Made by a program: the position numbers and the translations under genes. A stretch of DNA of 64,000 bases. Origin: Candidatus Multivorans sp. Lineage in GTDB: Bacteria > Acidobacteriota > Thermoanaerobaculia > Multivoradales > Multivoraceae. Position 1 is the first letter of the stretch. Every line of letters starts with the position of its first letter. Of the stretch, positions 26,323 to 35,219 are shown piece by piece. The notes beneath the pieces were generated by a model. The model was given only the letters and a program-made list of their open reading frames with translations, ran no database searches and was not told the DNA's origin. Location of the stretch: assembly GCA_965224025.1 (NCBI GenBank), contig OZ245033.1, positions 192,001-256,000 of the forward strand. Reading direction: 5' to 3'.

Positions 26323-26877
26323 TCAGCGCCTGAGGCGCCGCAGAAGCTCGGCTTCGTCGGCGCATGTCTGCGCCGCCTGGACCATCTCGACCTCGGACCA
26401 GCCGCGGAGGCCGGCCAGGCGTTCGGTCAGGCCCGGGCTCGCGGGAACGCCGCGCGCCTGGAGTACCGCGACCACCATGCGGACACGCCCTCGGGCAAGA
26501 CCCTCCGCGCGGCCCTCGGCATGGGCCTCCCCGCGCACCTCGGCACGCTCCACCCGCAGCCACGGCTCGTCGTCCGGGCCGGTCCCCTCCGCAGCGCCCA
26601 GAGTCCGGCCGATGCGACGCAGAACGGCCAGGGTCTCCGGCGACGGCAGACGCCGGCTCAGTGCGACATGGATCTCCTCGGCCGTCCAGCCCGGGAACGA
26701 GCGGCTGGAGGACGCTTCCTGGAAACGCTCGCCGTCATGGACGTGAATCGTCAGCCCGCAAAGCCGCGACTTCGGACGCGAACGTTCGTCCGGCACGTCG
26801 ACCCAGACCTCCGGGAAACCCCACCCCTCGTAGAGCGGCAGCTTCCACACCCGCACATCGCTCGAGTAGTCGACCTC
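26323..26877 (-). pseudogene. Uma2 copy 2, 5' half removed at an IS21 end
   Basis: Begins at EVDYSSDVRVWKL directly beside TGTCAATGGC; C-terminus intact. Confidence 0.8.
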
Positions 26878-27010
26878 TGTCAATGGCAACCGAAACTGCA
26901 CACTTTCTCCGAGGGAGCGGTGGCGGGGCCGGTAGCGGTCGGTGGGCGGGTTCGGTCCGTCCGGAGTCGGCCGTAGGGAGCGGTGCGACCGGAGGCCGAG
27001 CCTGGACGCG
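26878..27010. mobile_element. Isolated IS21-type terminal sequence
   Basis: TGTCAATGGCAACCGAAACTGCACACT; shares AACTGCACACT and GTCGGCCG.AGGGAGCG..GCGACCGGAGGCCGA with 22607-22710. Confidence 0.65.
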
Positions 27011-27035
27011 CGGCGCCACCGTAGGTCACCGGAAC

Positions 27036-27265
27036 GCTCCACGCGCTGCTCCTCCTCCTCGCCCATCAGGACCAGCTCGCCCGGCACCCGAAGGTCGGCG
27101 CCTCGTTCGAGGGCTTTGCGATCGAGCAGATCATCTCTTGCCTCGCGCTGACCAACGTCCACTTCTGGGGTACCCAGGGCGGTGCCGAACTGGACCCGTT
27201 GGTTGTGGTGGGAGGGCGCCGCTACGGCTTTGAAGCGAAGTACAGCGACGCGCCCGGCTACTCCT
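27036..27265 (+). pseudogene. DUF4143 fragment, paralogue of 24411-25589
   Basis: HPKVGASFEGFAIEQI...FWGTQGGAELD...YGFEAKYSDAPG. Confidence 0.8.
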
Positions 27266-27301
27266 CAGCGCCGCCAAAGCGACGATCTTTTGGGTCCTCC
27301 T

Positions 27302-28291
27302 TCATGCGAGGAGCCGAAGCAGATCGGCTTCGTCGGCGCAGGTCTGCGCCGCCTGGACCATCTCGACCTCGGACCGGTCGCCGATGCCGGCGAGACGTTC
27401 GGTCAAGCCCGGGCTCGTGGGGACGCTGCGCGCCTGGAGTACTGCGACGACCATCCGGGCGCGCCCCTCAACACGCCCCTCAGCACGGCCCTCTTCGCGG
27501 CCCTCTTCGCGGCTCTCGGCGCGCTCCGCCCGCAACCACGGATCGTCGTCGGGAACGGTCCCGGCCGCAGCGCCCAGGGCGCGGCCGACGCGACGCAGGA
27601 CCGCCAAGGTCTCGGGCGACGGCACGGGCCGGCTCAACGCGACGTGAATCTCCCTCGCGGTCCAGCCCGGGAAGGCGCGGCTGGAAGGCACCTCCTGGTA
27701 GCGCTCGCCGTCGTGGACGTGAATCGTCAGGCCCGAGGACCGCGACCGCGGATGCGAGCGCTCATCCGGCACGTCGATCCAGACCTCAGGGAAGCCCCAC
27801 GTTTCGTACAGCCGCAGCTTCCACACGCGAATGTCGGTCGAATAGTCGACCTCCAGGACCACGTCCGGCAACACGTGGCCGTCCACGTCCACCACCGGCG
27901 AGTCGGCAGGCGCCACGCTCGTGTCGAGGTAGAGAATCTGATCCGCCTGCATGAGGACCCTGCGCTCGCCGGCAGCGCCCGACCGCACGAGGTCCGCAGA
28001 GCCGAACGCCTCGATGGGCGCGCCTCGCGACGCTCCGATCAGCCGCACCAGGCCCGCCAAGCGGTGCGAAGGCCGCTCGTGATACACAGTGGTCGGCTCG
28101 CAGACGACCATCGCCGTTTCGGTCAGGGCTTCCCAGTACTCGACCCGGCCGTCGTAGTCCTCGATCTCCTCCCGCGGGACGCGGACCGTCTCGCAGCCCG
28201 ACTCGCCGGCGAGGGCAAGCGGGGACTTCTCAGGGTCGATCAGTTCCGCTTTCGGCGCCTGGGAACTCGCGGCTTCGACCGTCTCAGCCAT
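27302..28291 (-). CDS. Uma2-family endonuclease, copy 3
   Basis: Same motifs as copy 1; ATG 28291. Confidence 0.8.
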   Translation of the reverse strand: MAETVEAASSQAPKAELIDPEKSPLALAGESGCETVRVPREEIEDYDGRVEYWEALTETAMVVCEPTTVYHERPSHRLAGLVRLIGASRGAPIEAFGSADLVRSGAAGERRVLMQADQILYLDTSVAPADSPVVDVDGHVLPDVVLEVDYSTDIRVWKLRLYETWGFPEVWIDVPDERSHPRSRSSGLTIHVHDGERYQEVPSSRAFPGWTAREIHVALSRPVPSPETLAVLRRVGRALGAAAGTVPDDDPWLRAERAESREEGREEGRAEGRVEGRARMVVAVLQARSVPTSPGLTERLAGIGDRSEVEMVQAAQTCADEADLLRLLA

Positions 28292-28346
28292 GACGGCGAG
28301 CGTACCACTGACAAGGCCGTACAGACCGCGGGCCAAGCACCGGCGG

Positions 28347-28682
28347 TCATTCGAACAGGTCCGCGTGCGAGCCGGCCCGGGCAAAGTAGATCGACCCGCT
28401 CGGTCGGTCCGTGTCGTCGATGCGATAGATCAGAAGGAAGTCACCGCCGATGTGGCATTCCCGGTAGCGCGCCCACGAGCCCTTGAGCGCGTGGTCCCTC
28501 CGTTCGGGGTCGAGCGAGACATCGCTGGCAATGAGGAGGAGCATGACCGCCTTCAGCCGGTTCATGTCGTATCGGCCGGAGCGCGACAGCCGCTTCCAGT
28601 CCCTGAGGAACTGCCGGGCGTAGTCGACTCGCCGCGGCAGCTTGGCCCGTTTACTGGCCGCCGGCTTCTTCAAGCTCCGCAA
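28347..28682 (-). CDS. yafQ: YafQ/RelE-family toxin
   Basis: QFLRDWKRL, DHALKGSW..YRECHIGGDFLLIY, RAGSHADLF. Confidence 0.9.
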   Translation of the reverse strand: MRSLKKPAASKRAKLPRRVDYARQFLRDWKRLSRSGRYDMNRLKAVMLLLIASDVSLDPERRDHALKGSWARYRECHIGGDFLLIYRIDDTDRPSGSIYFARAGSHADLFE

Positions 28683-28932
28683 ACACCTCCTCCGCGCTGG
28701 CGAACCGCGCGCTGCGCTTCTTCACCATCCCGTCCACTTCGGCCATGGCGTGGCGGGTCTGCGCGTTCGGCACTTTGAGCTCGATCGGGAAGGCCTGATC
28801 GACGGCAATGCGGTGAAACAGTAGCCGCACGGCCTCCGAAGCCGTCAGTCCCATCGCCGCGAGCGCTGCGGTCGCCTTCTGCTTCATCTCGGTCTCCATG
28901 CGGACGTGCAGCATCGAACTCTCCGTCGTCAT
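28651..28932 (-). CDS. dinJ: DinJ/RelB-family antitoxin
   Basis: LHVRMETEMKQKA..LAAMGLTASEAVRL..FPIELKVPNAQT; RBS AGGAGG. Confidence 0.9.
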   Translation of the reverse strand: MTTESSMLHVRMETEMKQKATAALAAMGLTASEAVRLLFHRIAVDQAFPIELKVPNAQTRHAMAEVDGMVKKRSARFASAEEVFAELEEAGGQ

Positions 28933-28942
28933 CCGAGCCTCC

Positions 28943-28964
28943 TGTATCTCATTTGCGAGATACA
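28943..28964. promoter_or_regulatory. Palindromic operator upstream of dinJ-yafQ
   Basis: TGTATCTC-N6-GAGATACA perfect inverted repeat. Confidence 0.7.
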
Positions 28965-29018
28965 CTGCCATGCAGGCGTGACCAGGTCAACCCGAGCCGA
29001 TCGGACAACAGGACCACC

Positions 29019-29069
29019 CCGCATCCGACGCTTCGCGTCGAATGCGGGCAGGATGCCCGCGTTCCCAGG
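29019..29069 (-). repeat. REP-like element, copy 2
   Basis: 28 bp identical (reverse complement) to 15310-15337, plus a second hairpin. Confidence 0.75.
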
Positions 29070-29094
29070 CTCGGAGAGCCGGTCCGGCACCGCT

Positions 29095-29826
29095 TCAAGG
29101 CCGCGAAGGCCGGAGCAGGCGAACCAGTACCTCGAGGGTTTCCCGGGACACGAGCGACTCGTTCAGCGCCCGGTGGATCTCCTCCGCCGTTCAGCCCGGA
29201 AAGGTCCGGCTGGCGGACACTGTCCGATACCGGTCGTCCTCCAGGACGTGGATAGTCAGTCCCGGATGCCGCGACCGCGGACGCGACCGCTCGTCCGGCA
29301 CGTCCACCCAGACCTCCGGGAAACCCCACGCCTCGGAGAGCCTCAACTTGCGCACGCGAACGTCGGTCGAATAGTCGACCTCCACGGTCACGTCGGGCAA
29401 CTTGTCGCCATCGACGTCGACCCCCGGTCCCAAGCCCAACACCTCAAGCGGGTCCAGGTACAGAATCTGGTCCGCCTGCATCAACACCTTGCGCTTGCCG
29501 CCACTCTCGAAACGCACCAGATCCGAGGCGCCGAATATCTCGATCGGCGAACCTCTCGATGCCGCGATGAGCCGCGCCAAACCAGCCAGCCGTTGCGATG
29601 GCCATTCGTGGTAGATGGTCGTCGGCTCGCACACGACGATCGCGGTCTCGGTACGGGCTTCCCGGTACTCGAGACGGCCGTCGTAGTCCTCGATGTCGTC
29701 GCACGGTATGCGGACCGCCTTGCAGCCTGGGAAGTCGGCCGGATCCAGCGGCGCCTCCTCGGTGTCGCTCAGCCTCGTTTCCTGCGCCTGGGGAGGACTG
29801 ACAACGGTCTGGACAGGCTCAGCCAT
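29095..29826 (-). pseudogene. Uma2 copy 4, nonsense mutation and lost C-terminus
   Basis: TGA at 29191-29193 where paralogues have TGG (FPGW); homology continues TAEEIHRALNES and then ends. Confidence 0.8.
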
Positions 29827-29887
29827 GACCGCGAGCGTAACGCGGGCAACCGGTTCCGGCCAGCGAACGTGCGGACCCCAACCGCTC

Positions 29888-31168
29888 TCAGGCAGCGGCC
29901 GCCACATAGGGGATCGTCCGCGGACCTTCCGGCAGCACGCAGATGCGGGCCTCGGGCCGGGCGGCAAGGCATCCGGCAAGGGTCGCATCGAGGTCCGGGG
30001 CCGGCTCGAAGTGAGCGGCGGCGAGTTGCTCCTCGGTCAGTCCGTCCGCCTTGACCAGCACCCGGGCGCGGCGCTGAATCAACGCCTGGGCCTGGACCTG
30101 CCACTGGTCCGGTTCGGTCACAGGCTGGGCCTCGATCTGGGCCAGAAGTTCGCCGGGCGAGTTGCCCCGGGCGAGCAGTTCGGCGTAGCGGCCGTGGTCG
30201 GGGATGCCGTCGCTGCACTCGGCGGCGCAGAGGATCGTGCCGCCATCGGCCACGACCTGCGCCGCCGCCGACATGCCCTTGACCGCCTGGTAGAGGTTCT
30301 GGTCGAGCGGGTAGCCCGAGTTCGTCGTCACCACGACCTCGAACCGGCGGCCGGTCTCCTGCATGGCGATCGGCCGCGCCGCTTCGCAAGCTCGGGCGTG
30401 CATCGCGAACAGTTCGCCTCCGAAGACGTGCGTGATCCTCTGCGTGCGGTCGAGCAGCACATCGACACTGAAGTGAGGCCGCGCCTCGGGCCGCGCCGCG
30501 ATCGCGCGGATGTCGCTGTGGAGCGGGTTGTCGTCGATGATTCCCCAGGTCGAGCGCGGATCCCCGACGCGGGCGGCGTCGTGCAGAGTCAGCACGGCAT
30601 CGAGGCCGGCAAGGCCGGGAGCGACCATCTTCGGCCCGCCGGAGAAGCCGGCGAAGAAGTGCGGTTCCACGAAGCCGGTCGTGATCCGGAGATCCGCCTC
30701 CAACCAATAGCGGCAGAGCCGGGTCGGGACGCCTTGGCCGCTCTCCCCCAGGTCGACCAGGGACGAGTCGTCGCGGGCGTCGTGGTTGATCACGCGGCAC
30801 GAGCAGAGGATCTCCTCGCCGAGCATCGACCGGAGTTCGGCCGGCGTGTTCGCGCGGTGGGTGCCGGTGGCGATCAGGATCGTCACGTCTTCCGGCCGGA
30901 CGAGGCCGTCGAGTTCACGAAGAACCGCGCCGACCATCTCCCGGCGCGGCTGCGCCCGGGTGATGTCGCACACCGAGATCGCCATCGTCTGGCCGGGCTT
31001 CGCCAACTCCCGGAGCGGCGGTCCGGCGACCGGCTGGCGCAGCGCCGCGGTGAGAGCCGCGTCCGGGTCTCGGAGCGCCGGCGCCTGATACGGCTCGATC
31101 ACGGTCGTCCGCTCCCGCGGTACGTCGATCTCCAGGCCGCTCCGACCGTAGGCAAGGCGAACGCGCAT
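29888..31168 (-). CDS. larA: Nickel-pincer-dependent lactate racemase family protein
   Basis: LAYG, DITR, ATGTHR, NHD, EPHFFAGFSGGPK, GYPLDQNLYQAVKG. Confidence 0.92.
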   Translation of the reverse strand: MRVRLAYGRSGLEIDVPRERTTVIEPYQAPALRDPDAALTAALRQPVAGPPLRELAKPGQTMAISVCDITRAQPRREMVGAVLRELDGLVRPEDVTILIATGTHRANTPAELRSMLGEEILCSCRVINHDARDDSSLVDLGESGQGVPTRLCRYWLEADLRITTGFVEPHFFAGFSGGPKMVAPGLAGLDAVLTLHDAARVGDPRSTWGIIDDNPLHSDIRAIAARPEARPHFSVDVLLDRTQRITHVFGGELFAMHARACEAARPIAMQETGRRFEVVVTTNSGYPLDQNLYQAVKGMSAAAQVVADGGTILCAAECSDGIPDHGRYAELLARGNSPGELLAQIEAQPVTEPDQWQVQAQALIQRRARVLVKADGLTEEQLAAAHFEPAPDLDATLAGCLAARPEARICVLPEGPRTIPYVAAAA

Positions 31169-31186
31169 GAACCACTTCGAGCGGCG

Positions 31187-32575
31187 CTACTCCGCCTCGT
31201 CCAAGCGGCGCACCTTGATGCTCCGGAACGCGACCTCGTCGCCGTGGTCCTGGAGCAGGATGCGGCCTTCGGGCCACTGCCCGAACCCTTCGAGGCCGGC
31301 GAACTTGCTTGCCGCGATCGCCTCCGCGAGTTGCTGCGAGTTGCGGTCGAACTCCAGCACCAGCACGTGGTTCAGCCAGTGCTCGACGCGGCCGTCGGCG
31401 CGGACGACGATCCGGGCGTGATTGAAGCGTCCCGGAGCCTTGACGAATCGACGAATCTTGGTCGCCGGCAGCACGTCGTAAAGGGATGCCAGGGTGCGAT
31501 TGCCAGTGAGGCCGGCCTGAGCGTCCGGGTGGCGCAGGTCGTCCAGGAGCTGATACTCGAACGCGACCGCCGAGCCGGGGGCCGCTCCGTAGCCTTCGGT
31601 GACCAGGTACTTGATGCCGCTGTTCGCGCCCTCCGTGAGCCGAGATTCCAGTTGGAGTTCGAAGGCCGAGAACGACTCCCGCGTCACGATGCCGCCGCCG
31701 CGCTCTCCGCCTGGCTCCGAGGCGAGCACCGTCAACTCGCCGTCCCGCACCTCCCAGCCCGTCGCCGGGAAGTCCTCGCGGTGAGCGCCTCGCCAGGCCT
31801 CCGTGCTCTCGCCGTCGAAGAGCAGCTCCCAGCCCAGCGCCGCCTCCGCCTCCGAGAGCTGGTTCGGGCGCGTATCGACGATGTAGGGGAACGGCCTGCC
31901 GCTCGGCGCCAGGTTCTCCGTGCGCAGCAAGACGCGGCGGTAGCGCACCTGCCGGCCGCCGCCGTCCGCCCCGACCGAGTGGACCTGGAGCGCGATGAAC
32001 CCGCTCGCCGTCAACTCGTCGATCAGGAAGGTGGCCGGCACATTGTTCAGCCAGGTCCGGATGGTGGGGCCGATCGCCTCGATGTAAAGGTGGTTCCAGC
32101 CACCGGGCCGGAGAGCCCGGCTCGCCTCCGTGTTCGCCGCCAGCGGGAACAACCAGCCGCGCCGGGCCTCGTCGTAGATGCCGGCTGTCCAGGCGCGTTC
32201 GCTCGGATCGATCTCTACCTGGTAGCCATGCACCGTGCCGTTGCGGTAGTCGCGATCGCTGTGGCTCCGGATCTGGACGCCCGCGTTGAGACCGTCGTCG
32301 ATCTTGAACTCCAACTGGAGCGCGAAGTCGCCGTACTCCTCCTCGGTGGCCAGGAAGGAGTTCGGCGTCTCGATGACCGCCGTACCCACGACCACACCGT
32401 CCTCCAGCGTGTACACCGCGGCGCCTCCGAGTTGCCGCCATCCCTCCTCGAGGCCGCCGGCGGTCAGATCGATCCAGCCGGAGTCGGGATCGGGTTGGGC
32501 GAACCCAGGCAGCGCTACACCAATAAAGAGCAGCACCAAGGACGGCACAGCGGAAGACGCTGAGTAGGGGCGCAT
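31187..32575 (-). CDS. Secreted tandem DUF1080 (3-keto-glycoside hydrolase-like) protein
   Basis: Signal peptide; NAGVQIRS/GYQVEID/GFIALQVH and LLFDG/NSGIKY/EYQLLD/LLQDHG. Confidence 0.88.
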   Translation of the reverse strand: MRPYSASSAVPSLVLLFIGVALPGFAQPDPDSGWIDLTAGGLEEGWRQLGGAAVYTLEDGVVVGTAVIETPNSFLATEEEYGDFALQLEFKIDDGLNAGVQIRSHSDRDYRNGTVHGYQVEIDPSERAWTAGIYDEARRGWLFPLAANTEASRALRPGGWNHLYIEAIGPTIRTWLNNVPATFLIDELTASGFIALQVHSVGADGGGRQVRYRRVLLRTENLAPSGRPFPYIVDTRPNQLSEAEAALGWELLFDGESTEAWRGAHREDFPATGWEVRDGELTVLASEPGGERGGGIVTRESFSAFELQLESRLTEGANSGIKYLVTEGYGAAPGSAVAFEYQLLDDLRHPDAQAGLTGNRTLASLYDVLPATKIRRFVKAPGRFNHARIVVRADGRVEHWLNHVLVLEFDRNSQQLAEAIAASKFAGLEGFGQWPEGRILLQDHGDEVAFRSIKVRRLDEAE

Positions 32576-32645
32576 CGGTGCGTCAGCTTACCGCCCCCCT
32601 GCTCAACCACGTTGCCGACGGCTCGGCATCTACGATGTTCTGTTG

Positions 32646-32674
32646 TTGACATCGTGATGCCTGACTCCTAGCAT
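32646..32674 (+). promoter_or_regulatory. Sigma70 promoter of vapBC, leaderless, overlapped by CATC/GATG palindromes
   Basis: TTGACA-N17-TAGCAT-N7-ATG. Confidence 0.75.
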
Positions 32675-32681
32675 CCCACAC

Positions 32682-32927
32682 ATGAGAACGACACTCACTC
32701 TGGACGACGACGTCGCCGCCAAGGTGCGCGACGAGATGGTGCGCACAGGCGCCACGATGAAGCAGATCGTGAACGGAACGCTCCGGCAGGGCTTTGAGGC
32801 GCCGACCGAAGAGGAAATGGCGAGTCCCTTCAAGTTGGAAGCACGCAGGATTGGCCTCCGTCCGGAGTTCGACCTCAACGACATCAGCGGTCTGCTCGAT
32901 CACCTGGACGGCCCTTCGCGGCGATGA
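32682..32927 (+). CDS. vapB: VapB-type (RHH) antitoxin
   Basis: MRTTLTLDDDV; ATGA overlap with the PIN gene. Confidence 0.85.
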   Translation: MRTTLTLDDDVAAKVRDEMVRTGATMKQIVNGTLRQGFEAPTEEEMASPFKLEARRIGLRPEFDLNDISGLLDHLDGPSRR

Positions 32928-33358
32928 CCCTGATCGACGCCAACATCCTTCTCTACGCCCACGACACCGCAAGCCCCCACCACCTTGCAGCGGGCCGCTG
33001 GTTCGAGTCGGAGCTCGCCTCCGGGCGTGCCGTGAGCTTTGCGCTCGTCACTCTGCTGGCCTTCGTCCGCATCGCATCCGACCGTCGCATCTGTACTCAT
33101 CCGATCAAACCGGCCGTCGCCTGCTCGATGATCGAGAAGTGGCTGGCCCTGCCGAACTCTCGCCTGCTTCAGCCAGGACCGCGAACCTGGCAGATCCTGA
33201 GCAGGCTCTGTGAACGCGGTCAGGCCAGAGGCGCGATGGTGATGGACGCACACCTCGCCGCGCTGGCTCTGGAACACGGAGCGATGATCGCGACTAGCGA
33301 CCGGGACTTCACCCGGTTCCCGGGGATCGACCTTGTGAACCCGGTTGGCGCGCGCTAG
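32924..33358 (+). CDS. vapC: VapC PIN-domain toxin
   Basis: LIDANILLYA, DAHLAALALEHG, SDRDFTRF. Confidence 0.92.
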   Translation: MTLIDANILLYAHDTASPHHLAAGRWFESELASGRAVSFALVTLLAFVRIASDRRICTHPIKPAVACSMIEKWLALPNSRLLQPGPRTWQILSRLCERGQARGAMVMDAHLAALALEHGAMIATSDRDFTRFPGIDLVNPVGAR

Positions 33359-33450
33359 GAGTGTCCGCAGCGTTGTCGCTGCGCTGTCGCGCAGGGAACA
33401 GGCAGCGAGTAGCCAACGTTACAGCGGCGTCGTGGGTTCATAGAGTTGGC

Positions 33451-33606
33451 CGCGCTGGGCAGCGAGGCCGCGCAGGCACTGGTGTGTTGGCGCCCGACTA
33501 GGAGTTTGGCCCGGACCGTGATCGGCGCTCTGACGCTGGCGGCGCGGCTTGTGTCGCGACCCCGTATGCAAGATTGAGCTTTTCGCCGCGGTCTCTGCCC
33601 AGCGCG
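33451..33606 (+). ncRNA. Candidate IS110 bridge-type RNA
   Basis: CGCGCTGGGCAG pairs with CTGCCCAGCGCG, enclosing two stem-loops; ATGCAAGA is shared with the right end. Confidence 0.45.
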
Positions 33607-33639
33607 ACGATTGGATTCCACATCTACGGGAGGCAGGGG

Positions 33640-34959
33640 ATGGCAAAGCGGAAGGCGGAGCGTCTGGAAGTCGTTCACCCGGATTGCGCCGGTGTGGACG
33701 TAGGCAAGCGCAAGCACTACGTGGCGGTGGCCCCGTCGCGTTTCGAGCGGCCGGTGCGCAATTTCTCGTCGTTCACGGAGGACCTCGAGGCGATGGCCTC
33801 GTGGCTTCAGGAGTGCGGCGTGCGTGAGGTGGCGCTGGAGTCGACGGGGGTGTACTGGATTCCGGTGTTCGAGGTGCTGGACCGGGCGGGGTTCGAGGTG
33901 CATCTGGTGAATCCTCGGGCGACCAAGCAGGTGAGTGGCCGCAAGAGTGACGTTCTGGACTGCCAGTGGATCCGGCAGTTGATGAGCTACGGGCTCCTGC
34001 GCGGTGCGTTTCGCGCGCCGGACGAGTTGTGTCCGCTGCGTTCGTACACGCGGCAGCGCGCCCAGTTGGTCCGCGACCGCAGCCGCGCGGTGCAGCACAT
34101 CCAGAAGGCTCTGGTGCAGATGAACGTGCAGTTGGACAACGTGCTGAGCGACATCATGGGCAAGACCGGCCAGTTGATCGTGCGCGCGATCGTCGCCGGC
34201 GAGCGCGACGGCGCGGCGCTGGCCCGTCACCGGGACGGTCGCTGCAAGGCTGGTCCGGCTGTGATCGCGGCGAGTTTGCAAGGCAACTGGCGAGACGAGC
34301 ACCTGTTCGCTCTGGGCCAGGCGCTGGCCCGCTACGACATGCTGCAAGGCCAGATCGAGATGTGCGAGAAGCGCATCGACGCCGAGCTCGACGGCCTGGC
34401 CCAAGACGGCGTCGAGGACGCGCCGCCGCCCGGTTCGAAGGCGCGCGAGCGCGCCCTGCGGAAGCGGCTGCATCGCATGCTCGGCGTGGACCTGGTCGCC
34501 ATTCCGACGGTCGGCGTCGAAACCGCGCTGACCTTCGCCGCTGAGATCGGCCCGGACCTGTCCCGGTTTCCCTCGCAGGGCAACTTCTGCTCGTGGCTGT
34601 GTCTGGCTCCACCGACCAACATCAGCGGCGACAAACGGCTGAACGGCCCTCCCGTGAAGCAGACCAACCGGGTCGGCCAGGCGCTGCGCCAAGCCGCCAC
34701 CACAGCCCGCAACAGCAAGACCGCCATCGGAGCCTCTCACCGCCGGCGTCTCCAGCACATGGAGAAGGCGAAGGCCATCAAGGCCACCGCTCATCAACTC
34801 GGCCGACTGATCTACGCCATGCTGACCCACGGCGAAGAGTACGTCGAGCGCGACCTCGTCGAAATGGAGGCCGTCCGACGCGAACGACAAATCAGAAACC
34901 TGCAGCGTCAGGCCCGCCGCCTGAATCTGGCTCTCGTGCCGACCGAACATGCCGCCTGA
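33640..34959 (+). CDS. IS110-family transposase/recombinase
   Basis: AGVDVGK, ALESTGVYW, RKSDVLDCQW (DEDD), IPTVG, PPTNISG. Confidence 0.95.
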   Translation: MAKRKAERLEVVHPDCAGVDVGKRKHYVAVAPSRFERPVRNFSSFTEDLEAMASWLQECGVREVALESTGVYWIPVFEVLDRAGFEVHLVNPRATKQVSGRKSDVLDCQWIRQLMSYGLLRGAFRAPDELCPLRSYTRQRAQLVRDRSRAVQHIQKALVQMNVQLDNVLSDIMGKTGQLIVRAIVAGERDGAALARHRDGRCKAGPAVIAASLQGNWRDEHLFALGQALARYDMLQGQIEMCEKRIDAELDGLAQDGVEDAPPPGSKARERALRKRLHRMLGVDLVAIPTVGVETALTFAAEIGPDLSRFPSQGNFCSWLCLAPPTNISGDKRLNGPPVKQTNRVGQALRQAATTARNSKTAIGASHRRRLQHMEKAKAIKATAHQLGRLIYAMLTHGEEYVERDLVEMEAVRRERQIRNLQRQARRLNLALVPTEHAA

Positions 34960-35016
34960 ATCGCGCAACCTGCGCTGCCAACAAGGAACCCCTACCCGTT
35001 TGTTCCATGCAAGACT

Positions 35017-35072
35017 GCGCGGCAGAAACTGGGTGCGCGGGCCTTCTGGCCGCATCCGGCGCGAAGCGCCGG
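35017..35072 (+). repeat. REP-like element, copy 3
   Basis: GCGCGGCAGAA..CTGGGTGCGCGGGCCTTCTGGCCGCATCCGGCGCGAAGCGCCGG. Confidence 0.6.
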
Positions 35073-35103
35073 TCTCTGGGAGTTCCGCCGCGCTAGCGTC
35101 AAC

Positions 35104-35143
35104 CGTGAACCACTCCGAGCGCCCGTCACCGGGTGCTCGGATG
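35104..35143. repeat. 40-nt hairpin element, copy A (copy B at 37453-37492)
   Basis: TCCGAGCGCCCGTCACCGGGTGCTCGGA versus TCCGTGCGCCCGTCATCGGGCGCACGGA. Confidence 0.65.
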
Positions 35144-35219
35144 CACACCCGGTAGCGGGAGCGCGGGGAGCTAGGATCGCCGCTTCCGGCGCCGCTGGAC
35201 GGTAGAGGAGACCACAACC

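Larger units (their letters stand above)
33442..35013 (+). mobile_element. IS110-family element (boundaries inferred at AG cores)
   Basis: Transposase plus a structured left end of about 200 nt; no TIRs. Confidence 0.6.

Noticed and set aside
26323-27162. 279-aa ORF as an intact protein
   Set aside because: Chimera of antisense DUF4143, an IS21 end and a Uma2 C-half
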